64,000 nt of DNA, taken from positions 744,001 through 808,000 of the forward strand of contig JAKMXF010000321.1 in the NCBI GenBank assembly GCA_024704765.1, given 5' to 3'. Under the pieces are notes generated by a model. The model did not search any database, was not told the DNA's origin, and worked only from the letters and a program-made list of their open reading frames with translations. The position numbers and the translations under genes were made by a program. This DNA comes from Oopsacas minuta. Taxonomy: Eukaryota; Animalia; Porifera. Shown here piece after piece: positions 12,398-21,743 of this stretch; position 1 is the stretch's first letter; each line of letters starts with the position of its first letter.

Positions 12398-13582
12398 CTA
12401 GGAGATGAGAGATCTAGTCAGCTGGTTGTTATCCACACGATATCTTCTGTAACCTGAGCGAACCCGTTTTGCTAAACTGAAGATGACGCAACATATAGCT
12501 GCGATATTAATCGCAATATAAGAGGAATATCCTATAATATCAAACAAATGCACCAACATTAGAAAATATCCTTCAGCAGATACTAATGTATTTACAGTAT
12601 TAACATATAAATTGATGGTAGAAGCATGGAATGTGTTACGGAACCAACAGGGATCCAAGCTAACAGATTCAGAAGCTAGAAAAACAGCATAGAATATGAC
12701 ATCTCTCAAAATGAAGATTTGGAATATGAGCATTAAGAAAATGATAAGTAGCTTAAAATGACGTGTAAACCTCTTCTGTTTCTTATACACACTAGAACTA
12801 CATACACCTTTTCTATTTACAACACGACTATTGATTGCTGGAAAGTATCTCTTCTTAGCAATGTAAATCACAATAAAGTAACTGACAATACTCAATAAAA
12901 TCTGTGCAATCTTACCGAAAATAATTGTATAAGGAACAATCATGAATAATAGAGTAACCACATTTAACACTGTCCCGATTAATAGGAATTGAGATACCTC
13001 TTTCAATTTCAGTTTATTTCTAGCTGCATTACTTAAGTGCAGGAGGGCAACAGCAAACAGCCAAATCATCATAGAAAATGAAAAATTCTCCAAACAGAAC
13101 AAGCAATTGAGGAATACAATTATCGATTTATCCTCGTACATTTCTGTAATGAATATATCTGATTTTGTAATACATATATTTTCTATAGGGAGTATTGTAG
13201 ATGGTAAAATGAATGTTAGTAAGCTATATAACATACCATAAATGTTAGTAGAGAGACAGAATAACAACTCAAAGATGAAAAACAGAAGAAAAATGGAAAA
13301 TCGAGTAAAAGTTTCATCAATCCTGAATATTTCATCTTGAATTTGATAATCATCAAATAATAACTTCTTTCTTAACAATAATTTTTTCCTCAAATTTAAA
13401 ATCAAAACCGAAACAGCATAGATTAACCAGAAAACACAGCTAACCGTATAGATAGATTCTAGGATATGAATTGGATAATACCAGTGATCCTTAAAGCTAT
13501 CCAAATTGAGATATCTTGGGTCTGTCTTGTTGAGAGATATTTGGATAGAATCCTTGACAGATGGTTGGCTAGCATTTTCCAT
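12398..13582 (-). CDS. Orphan 7TM family copy F (intact, 394 aa)
   Basis: Shares FSFSMMIWLF, AARN, YIAKKRYFPAINSRV and DPCWF motifs with B/E; seven TM segments. Confidence 0.88.
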   Translation of the reverse strand: MENASQPSVKDSIQISLNKTDPRYLNLDSFKDHWYYPIHILESIYTVSCVFWLIYAVSVLILNLRKKLLLRKKLLFDDYQIQDEIFRIDETFTRFSIFLLFFIFELLFCLSTNIYGMLYSLLTFILPSTILPIENICITKSDIFITEMYEDKSIIVFLNCLFCLENFSFSMMIWLFAVALLHLSNAARNKLKLKEVSQFLLIGTVLNVVTLLFMIVPYTIIFGKIAQILLSIVSYFIVIYIAKKRYFPAINSRVVNRKGVCSSSVYKKQKRFTRHFKLLIIFLMLIFQIFILRDVIFYAVFLASESVSLDPCWFRNTFHASTINLYVNTVNTLVSAEGYFLMLVHLFDIIGYSSYIAINIAAICCVIFSLAKRVRSGYRRYRVDNNQLTRSLIS

Positions 13583-14232
13583 TTCACTTTTACAAATACA
13601 TACAATATTCTGTTCTAATGAATTAACTTAAAATTTAGTATTTTGTATTTGTATATGTTTACATTAATAGGATACATTACATACATGCTTGATTATTTGG
13701 TAATCACTCACGTGCTAGTATGTAATGCTTTTAATATATCAGTATTATGTTTATTGGAATATATAGGGATATTACAGAATAGTTTATTGTATGTCAATGT
13801 TTAGGGATATATATATTATATAGAAAATGTGATGTAATTGTGCAAGTATCATGTTCCACTAATCTAAGAATATCGAGATACTTTATCTTACACAATAATT
13901 GTCAAGTAAATATATTGACAGAACTTATATACGATTAATCAACAATGGTTATCTCTTGAATACAAGTAAATACCATGAAGATAATGTTTGTAAATTGGAG
14001 CAGTTCAAACTTCAAGTACAGTTACCTATAGAGGTGTAAGGCAGCAAAGTGACAGTTCCATCAATTTGTATTGCAAAAACCCTACCACTGTTAAGGGAGG
14101 GTAAAATCTTCAGGAATTTTGCGTTATCTTTTATATACCACCACTCTATACATAAAGTTACAAATATTTATAAATTCACTTTACACAATTGAACTATTAC
14201 AAAGAAGAAGTATATTTGCTATATGAATGGCA

Positions 14233-15462
14233 TTAATTGTCAGTAATAATTACTCTGCTATTGCTGTCTTGTTGAGTAGACTGTGAGAGTAATTGTTTTG
14301 AAAGTCCAGAAAATTGATATATTCTGCGATTACAAAACACATCTCTATGAGAGCATAAACAAATCTGATATATTAATGCTGCTAGATTGAGTATGGTTAA
14401 ATTACTGTAGACAAACATTTCTATAAACCTGTTACTAACCAACAAATAACTACAAATATTCACCAGATTATGAATAATTGTATCAGACAGCTGAAACATC
14501 GGAAGATGATACGTAACATTAAACCAACAAGAGTTCAAACTCACAGAATTCAAGATAGCATAGGGTAGGTGAAGGAACGTATCTTTGAGTGTATACAACT
14601 CTAAACTAGTCAAGAGCAAGAAAACAACCACTTTATATTGTCTGAATAATCTCATCTGTTTCTGACACTCTTTCTCAATACACAAATTGTACTTCTCAAG
14701 GATACGACTAACCATGACAGGGAAATACTTATTCCTTGCAATATATAATACAATAAAGAAACTGGTATTGTCCATCAAATTCATTAGAATGAAGCCGAAC
14801 AGACTTATGTATGGAATCACAGATAATATTGAAGTGATGAGACTGATGACAGTGCCTAACAATACAAATCGGACCACTACTCTAACTTCTATCATATTTC
14901 TAGCGGAATAATACAAATGGAGTAGAGAAGTACTGAACAACCAGAGCATCATGGAAAACGAGAATTTCCTCAAAGAAGATAGAAAATTATGAAATATACT
15001 TCCTAACCTGTAGTCATAATATTGTACAAGAAATGAGTTAGACACCAAACTACAGTTATTGCTTATCTGTATTGACATAGAAGGCAGATATGATATTGTT
15101 GTTACGAATAATATTCCGTGTATGTTAATGGAAAAACAGAAACTAAATTCAAACATAATGAATAATAGGAAAATGGCATTTTTAACTATACATTTGTGTT
15201 GGTATGCGATTTTCTCCTGAATACCTTCCTGGTTAGCTGAGTATCTAGCTGATCTGCGTACTAAACCTTGCTGTTTATAATGGAAATGTATTTCTCGAAA
15301 TAAGTAAATTATCCAAAATACACAACTAAGCAAATACACAAAGCTTACAGCTATTATGAAATAATTAGCATCATCTAATACATGCGAGAGAACAAAAGTT
15401 CTCGTACTATTAGAATATTTGGCTAGTGACATGTAATGTACAAGTATTATATAATTAAGCAT
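14233..15462 (-). CDS. Orphan 7TM family copy G (intact, 409 aa; alternative ATG at 15432)
   Basis: Shares ISNNCS, FSFSMMLWLF, ARNKYFPVMVSR and NSCWFNVTY motifs; seven TM segments. Confidence 0.88.
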   Translation of the reverse strand: MLNYIILVHYMSLAKYSNSTRTFVLSHVLDDANYFIIAVSFVYLLSCVFWIIYLFREIHFHYKQQGLVRRSARYSANQEGIQEKIAYQHKCIVKNAIFLLFIMFEFSFCFSINIHGILFVTTISYLPSMSIQISNNCSLVSNSFLVQYYDYRLGSIFHNFLSSLRKFSFSMMLWLFSTSLLHLYYSARNMIEVRVVVRFVLLGTVISLITSILSVIPYISLFGFILMNLMDNTSFFIVLYIARNKYFPVMVSRILEKYNLCIEKECQKQMRLFRQYKVVVFLLLTSLELYTLKDTFLHLPYAILNSVSLNSCWFNVTYHLPMFQLSDTIIHNLVNICSYLLVSNRFIEMFVYSNLTILNLAALIYQICLCSHRDVFCNRRIYQFSGLSKQLLSQSTQQDSNSRVIITDN

Positions 15463-15859
15463 TAAATGTGCGTATATTTATATGGAAAGTATTTCTACTT
15501 GCTTTACGTGTATTGGATTTTTCATTAAAGATTGCGTAATATTAGTAATTCAATCATGGAAATATTCGCTTATATTATATGACTAATTGATTATATAACC
15601 TTACCTAATTTCTAATATTTTCTGTGCAAATATTGCATAAAGTTATCTTAACAGCTGTAAACAGAGGTTGACCAAGATGGACCAAATCATCAAATCTAAA
15701 ACGTGAGATATATAATATTCTAACTATTTTATTTTGAAATGTACAATTTTGCTATGAATAGGGAAGAATTTTGTAGTCAGGGCAGATGAGAAATCAGGAG
15801 AACTACGATAAAATTTTAATAGTTGAGAAGCTGTCATAAATGATGTATACATACCATAT

Positions 15860-16400
15860 ATCAGAGAAAATCGGTGAAAATATTAATACAATAAATGGCA
15901 AAAAGTATTCAATCAAACTTTGTGTGATGACACCGAAAATACTAGTTACCGGAATAAATGAGATTAATAAGTATTCCAAACAAGATGAAGACAGCACTAT
16001 TTTTATTTTCAACTCATTTCTAGCTGCAAAACTTAACTGGATAAGCAGAGCACCAAACAACCAAATCATCATGGAAAATGAAAATTACCAGACAAGGAAA
16101 TTAAAATCTTAAAAGTCGATGAATGTTTTGGAATTTACTGAGCAGTTCGGACCAACTTAAGATTACATTAACCCTTAACTTAAATCTAATATGACTTCGT
16201 ATATAGTTATACGCAAGCAGCAGATCAGCTCAAAGCATATAAATACAAGAGTGATAACTTACCAGAAATTAGTTTCTTCTTCATGAAGAGACGATTCGAA
16301 TAATTACAACTACTATCTAGATGTATTAAAGTAACAAGTCTCCTTTTATTTCTAATTTGTGAGGATATGTTAAGGGTGACGTAGATTATCTACACATAAT
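15860..16400 (-). pseudogene. Orphan 7TM family copy H, degenerate TM1-TM4 remnant close to copy B
   Basis: Reverse complement aligns to 5800-6230 (e.g. ggtccgaactgctcagtaaatt; atgatgatttggttgtttggtgctctg; gctagaaatgagttgaaaataaaaatagtgctg) with multiple indels and stops. Confidence 0.75.
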
Positions 16401-17935
16401 ATATTGTAGATAAGTTCAAAACCCAGACCAATGGAAGATATTATGTATAACCAGGACAAGCTGGCCTACGGGGAGAACGGGAGATTTCCAGATGGCCGGT
16501 GGGTCGGTGGGCCAGTGAGCTGGTATAAACCCTTCTGTGTAGTGTATGATTTTCAAAACACCATAGAAAACAACTGCAAACGACGATTTCAGATATGGGA
16601 GTATTTCAAGGCCTGCTCACTATAATGACCATTTTGCCCATTTCCTATTGTCAATTTATTACTGTAATCTATTTTCCAAAATATATTTACTCCTTATCTG
16701 GCTGTCTGGGCTACAGTAGAGGTCGCAAGCTCGGCGTATTCTTGCATTCTAATTAGCACATGTTAGAGTATAAAATTTGATAGTACAAGACTATCCCAAT
16801 TGATAAACGGACATAAACACTCATATCTGCAAGAGCAAGACATTTTGACACCTATTACGTAGAGTTTTTAGAGATCTCATTTAGATCTTAGAATTTATCA
16901 CATTCCGCACACATGATAAATAACTAGCCTCTAGCTCTTACTTACCTGTTCCTCAATCAGTTCTATACAAATAACCAAAAATGTGACTTTCAGTTTCTAT
17001 TTTTAGTGAAGTGGGTTGGTTTAAAAATTGACCTGGGCCGAATTATTGACCAGTCCGTCCCTGCGTATAACATATGAAATATTGCATAGACCTTAAACAT
17101 AATAGCTGAATTAAAAGGAAAACCTTTTACTTTTTTAGGGAAATATATATGTATATCAATTTTCATGTTAATCCGACTGCTAGATTTCGCACGGCCGCGC
17201 GGATAGACGTACAGACGTAGTACATCGTCCATACCATTATGGCAGTTCATTATAAAACTGCAATAAAAATTGCTCAAGTTGCAAGCTTGGCCATCTGTGG
17301 GTTCGAGAGCTCTGATTTAGGTACAGCATACATTTCATTGAATATGTAATAAATACCACATAGCACATGCGCGTGTTGTGTCAAAGCTTGTGCAACGTTT
17401 GTGCACAGACAGAACGACATTTCTCTGCTGCTTGTTGTTCAAGTGTATACATTAATTTGAGTTGTTGTCTAGTTTATTTACCTAGGATTAGTTGAAAAGA
17501 AGGCTTGGATGTTGTTCTAGTTTATATTAACACGCTATTTGTGATAATTACTCTCGAATATACATGATAAGTGCACAGAGTGAGTCATCTGTGCTGTGTT
17601 CACAAATTTCACTGTTTTGACCATTATTTACTACTTGTACACTTTCTTACAATTTTTTTCTATGGCTTTTTCAGTCATTATATCTTGGTTATACTTTTTA
17701 CTGTAACATAGAGTGAATACATATTCTAAATCTGAAATAATATGATAACATAAACCCGTACAAACTAAAGAATTATCATAACTTTGTCCCGCTGAAACAT
17801 GTGCACATCAAATCATCTCAGACTCTCAGTAATATGTAATAACAATAACTCTCTCGTAGATCAACTCTATAAATTGTGTAAAATATCGAGATTTATTTGG
17901 ATTAGCAAATCTAGAGGTTTAATGGCTTGTTGTCA

Positions 17936-18035
17936 CGTACAAGAAATGAGTTAGAAACCTAAGTACAGTTATTACTTATCTGTATTGAGATATAAGCTAG
18001 ATGATATTATTGTTAAGGATAATTCCGTGTATGCT
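17936..18035 (-). pseudogene. Orphan 7TM family fragment I (~100 bp of the loop-2 region of copy G)
   Basis: gtacaagaaatgagttaga..acagttatt.cttatctgtattga..tag..g..agat.atatt.ttgtta.g.ata.attccgtgtatg matches 15024-15124. Confidence 0.65.
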
Positions 18036-18200
18036 TGAGCTACAGTGGATGGTATTGGAAAACTGAATCTTAATATATAAGTTACAAACAACAAAACAGC
18101 GATAGAATAAATAAAACAAAATATTTATAATCATTAGTCATTACACACAATTATAGCATAACAATTAGATAAGTAAGCATGTGAAAATTGCTGAGAAATG

Positions 18201-20159
18201 TTATTTCTTCCTGACAGCTATCCTAAGTGCAACATAAGTAAGAGTGAAGAAGAACATCGTATGAATAACTAGACCAAGGGGACCATTCCACAGGTCCCAT
18301 GCAGTCTCATACATAATCAGCTGTGAATCTAGAAACGATTCTCCTGAGATATAACTATCTACTGAGATAGATTTGTAGACATGATACGTCTCGTGAAGAC
18401 ATGTACCATTGCCTGTCAGATTCCTGATTGAAGGAAGACAGAACTCCAAATCAGTTAGCTCGTTAATTAGTAAGGTTTTAACACCTAATCTTACAATACT
18501 AAAATATTTGAGTGCTTCACTCGGGAATGGAATTAGATTGTAGTTGAAATTACCGCCTATAACTACCATGAACATGAACAAGAATTCAGGACCGATTATG
18601 GTAAGATATATGTTATTTGTTAGTGCACTGAAGAACATAGTAATACTACTAGCACTATACAGCACTAACTGTAGTGATAGGATGTATAGAAGATAACTAG
18701 TCACTGATAGTTTGAATCCAAACATGAAGTATAGAATTGTAGAAGCTACGAATGAGCTTAATACTTTAGAAGGAAAGAACTCTGGTAACATCTGACCAAA
18801 TACATAAGGAAGTGTGCGGTAGTAGCCTTGTTGATGCTCATGAATGAATTGTTGCTTTCTAGCATGGATACTACGTGTGCCTGTTGCAAGCCCGAATAGG
18901 TGATGTAGTATTACCATAGTAAATAGTCCGTAGCGATCATGCAGACCCGCTGGAGTCAATGGAGACTGTAGGAGAATTAAGCCAAACAGCATATAACCTA
19001 GACTAGCTAATAATGTGTGGGTAAGATAAGCTAATGGAGATCTCCCTACAACACGAGAAGATCTCAGTAGAGTTATAAGGAACTGCCATATGAAGCTAGT
19101 TGGGTATCTCACTACTCTACTGTTGGATGTATACGTTTTGCATCTATGGATATCTTCTAGCTGTTTGTACAACTCATTGTAGTTATGAGATGAAATGTAT
19201 TGTGTTGCTAATCTCCTCTCATTATATTCGGTTTCTATTTCGTGCATCTTAAGTTGATTCTTTAGAAATCGAGATTCTCTTACAATCAGATCCAAGAAGA
19301 AGTCTCCAGGATTTTCTTTCTCCTCACACTGATAACCTATCTCAGAGAAATAACCAGTAACATCTGTCCACTCTCCGTGATATACTGTCTCACCAGCTGA
19401 CAACAGAGTCACACGGTCCAACAGTCGGAGGATGGCATAACGGGGCTGGTGGAGTGTCACCACGATTAAACGACCTTCCTGAGAGAGAGTCTTCAGCTGA
19501 CGCATTAGTTTCAGAGCTGTGTAAGCATCTAGACCGGAAGTGGGTTCATCCAGGAATAGAATGGAAGGTGCGATTACCAACTCCGTGGCTATGTGAGTTC
19601 GTTTCCTCTCACCACCAGATACACCTCTGGAGAAATCTGTCCCTATTCTAGAGTCTGCTACCTCACTTAGACCCAATTTATCAATAACCTCCTCTACCAA
19701 TCTAGCTCTCTGCTGTCTATCACTCTCTCCCTGACTGAGACTACGCTTTGAGAGTCTCAGACTAGCAGAGAAGTGAATGTTCTCTCTCACACTCAACACT
19801 CCCTCTAGGAAGTCCTGCTGCACCACGTATCCAGCCATGAACCTGAAATGATCCGGTTGTGGTTGTCCGTTTACTCGAATGTCTCCAGTGAATCTTCTAT
19901 GACTAATGCGTCCTGCTAACAGATCCATGAGTGATGTCTTTCCACTCCCTGTTGGTCCGAGAATAGCATTGAGACCTGACCTAAATATGCCACTCACTGA
20001 CTGGAGAACTGGTTTTGGACGAGAAGACAAGCAGACATACCTCCTTTGAGGTACAGAGTAACTCAGATCCTGGAAACTTACCTGCTTCACTTTCTTTCTG
20101 TCAAATTCGTAGCTGAGATCATCATCTGTTAACAAATATCTCTTTTGAGGATCCATCAC
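18201..20159 (-). CDS. ABCG-subfamily half transporter (NBD-TMD), 652 aa, ABCG2/White-like
   Basis: Walker A GPTGSGKTS, Q-loop YVVQQD, signature VSGGERKR, Walker B/D-loop LFLDEPTSGLD, H-loop TLHQP, then six-TM ABC2 membrane domain; intronless. Confidence 0.93.
   Translation of the reverse strand: MMDPQKRYLLTDDDLSYEFDRKKVKQVSFQDLSYSVPQRRYVCLSSRPKPVLQSVSGIFRSGLNAILGPTGSGKTSLMDLLAGRISHRRFTGDIRVNGQPQPDHFRFMAGYVVQQDFLEGVLSVRENIHFSASLRLSKRSLSQGESDRQQRARLVEEVIDKLGLSEVADSRIGTDFSRGVSGGERKRTHIATELVIAPSILFLDEPTSGLDAYTALKLMRQLKTLSQEGRLIVVTLHQPRYAILRLLDRVTLLSAGETVYHGEWTDVTGYFSEIGYQCEEKENPGDFFLDLIVRESRFLKNQLKMHEIETEYNERRLATQYISSHNYNELYKQLEDIHRCKTYTSNSRVVRYPTSFIWQFLITLLRSSRVVGRSPLAYLTHTLLASLGYMLFGLILLQSPLTPAGLHDRYGLFTMVILHHLFGLATGTRSIHARKQQFIHEHQQGYYRTLPYVFGQMLPEFFPSKVLSSFVASTILYFMFGFKLSVTSYLLYILSLQLVLYSASSITMFFSALTNNIYLTIIGPEFLFMFMVVIGGNFNYNLIPFPSEALKYFSIVRLGVKTLLINELTDLEFCLPSIRNLTGNGTCLHETYHVYKSISVDSYISGESFLDSQLIMYETAWDLWNGPLGLVIHTMFFFTLTYVALRIAVRKK
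19299..20080 (-). repeat. Left arm of 782-bp inverted repeat (NBD coding tract shared by the two ABCG genes)
   Basis: Reverse complement matches 21805-22586 at every position I compared; the ORF track shows the identical 65-aa antisense ORF in both arms. Confidence 0.9.
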
Positions 20160-20578
20160 ATTTATTTATTTTCATTCATTTAATTAATTATATATGCTAC
20201 GGGTAAATTCTCTGTATACTCTATCATTCTAACCTTTAATATTCTGAATCCTTATCATAAAAATATTAGTACAAGTCATTACATTATGTAGTAAGTAGTT
20301 ACATAATCCATATACTAAATACCAATAAGGAAATGGGACCTTTACTATGTTTCATGTTATATTCTAGGAGAATAATTTGATTATCTTCTGACTACTGAGT
20401 TTAATGTCTTTCTCAGTTGCGCAGCAGGAAGAGATAATGGTTTGCGGCTCCTCCATTAAGATCTAATTAATGTTAGGATAATTCTATTATTGCATCAAAG
20501 GTCTGTTAATGTATATTACATCCGAAATTATCAATTATAGGTAATTAATCTATTGAAGATTATCACACTGTAGATACC

Positions 20579-21034
20579 CAGTGGCGTATACAGGGGGATT
20601 TCGGAGTTCAAACACCCCCCTCATAACTGGTTTCCAAAAGAGATATGTTGTTATTTGTAATTCGATTTTTCTTAATATTTACAGAATGCTATCCAATTTT
20701 GACAATTATTTTTCAACAAGTTTTCTAGACGATATCCCTGAAGATTCCAGCTGACTAATGTATTAGCAGAGAAAATTTGTATTCACTAAATAGTATAAAT
20801 ATAATTATGTAACAAAATTATCATATTATCTAAGTATAAACATCTAAACAACTTTGGTACAACTGCACAATATTACACTCCTCCTACTATGTGACAAAAA
20901 TAGCTGTACATCGATGTTTGAGCGTCTAAGATTCACAAAATTTCTGGGGGGCTTGGCCCCCAGACCCCCCTTACCGTCGCTCGATTCGCTCGCTCCAGTG
21001 CACCCTCCTCATGATAATCCGGAATACGCCACTG
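20579..21034. mobile_element. Non-autonomous hAT-like MITE in the ABCG divergent intergenic region
   Basis: TIRs cagtggcgtat / atacgccactg flanked by a 6-bp direct repeat gatacc (20573-20578 and 21035-21040). Confidence 0.75.
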
Positions 21035-21743
21035 GATACCAGATGACGGAATAAATTATCGATGTCCATAACTCCATATTTGGATTTCAAACAATATACC
21101 GATTCACAGCTTATCCACATACATAGCACTATTTATGAAACAGGAAATATTAATATCTAGTCATTCTTTCAAACTTTCGAATAATAAGTAATATTATCTA
21201 GCCAATCAAGTTCCGAGTTTACTCAGAACTTAATTCGGAATTTAGTTTTGAGCAAGAGAGCAGGTAAGCAAACGAAATCACATTGTAATAGTTAAAAAGT
21301 CCTGTCTACAAAGTACTTATCGAATACTACATAGAAAAGAGTCCCAAGCAGCAGAAATATTTAAATAAAATTGGTTATACGATATAATAGCCATTACTAA
21401 TGTTAATTAAAATAACAAGTTGAATTAGTAATATATATTTGGAATTATTACTGCATTCAATTGAGGAAACTAACTATGATCTATTTGCTTACAAACTCAA
21501 TAAATATTCAGAATGCAGTGATCCTCATTTACTAAAAGAACAAGGCAATTCTATTCGAATAATATCATCTCTCAACAAAAATGCTCTTACAAGTAAAATG
21601 TCTTAATGGTGATTAAATATACCTGCAAATGGAAAATATTGCAATTCGATAAATTAATTATACAAATAGGTTTCTAACTAATATTAGATAGACTAAAAAA
21701 TCTCATATATTCAGAATAATACAAGAAAATATTAAATTTAATA

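Noticed and set aside
5657-15462. 7TM family as insect-type gustatory/odorant receptors or rhodopsin-class GPCRs
   Set aside because: No TM7 TYxxxxxQF motif and the topology cues point to N-out (against GR/OR); no DRY, CWxP-in-TM6 or NPxxY (against class A). Left unassigned.
19454-19651. 65-aa ORF present twice (also 22234-22431)
   Set aside because: Antisense shadow of the identical ABCG NBD tract; useful only as evidence of identity.
20075-20083. Perfect CAG|GTAAGT donor at the edge of the ABCG identical tract on the minus-strand gene
   Set aside because: The frame is open and encodes required NBD sequence; no matching acceptor is evident. Treated as coincidence unless RNA-seq shows use.
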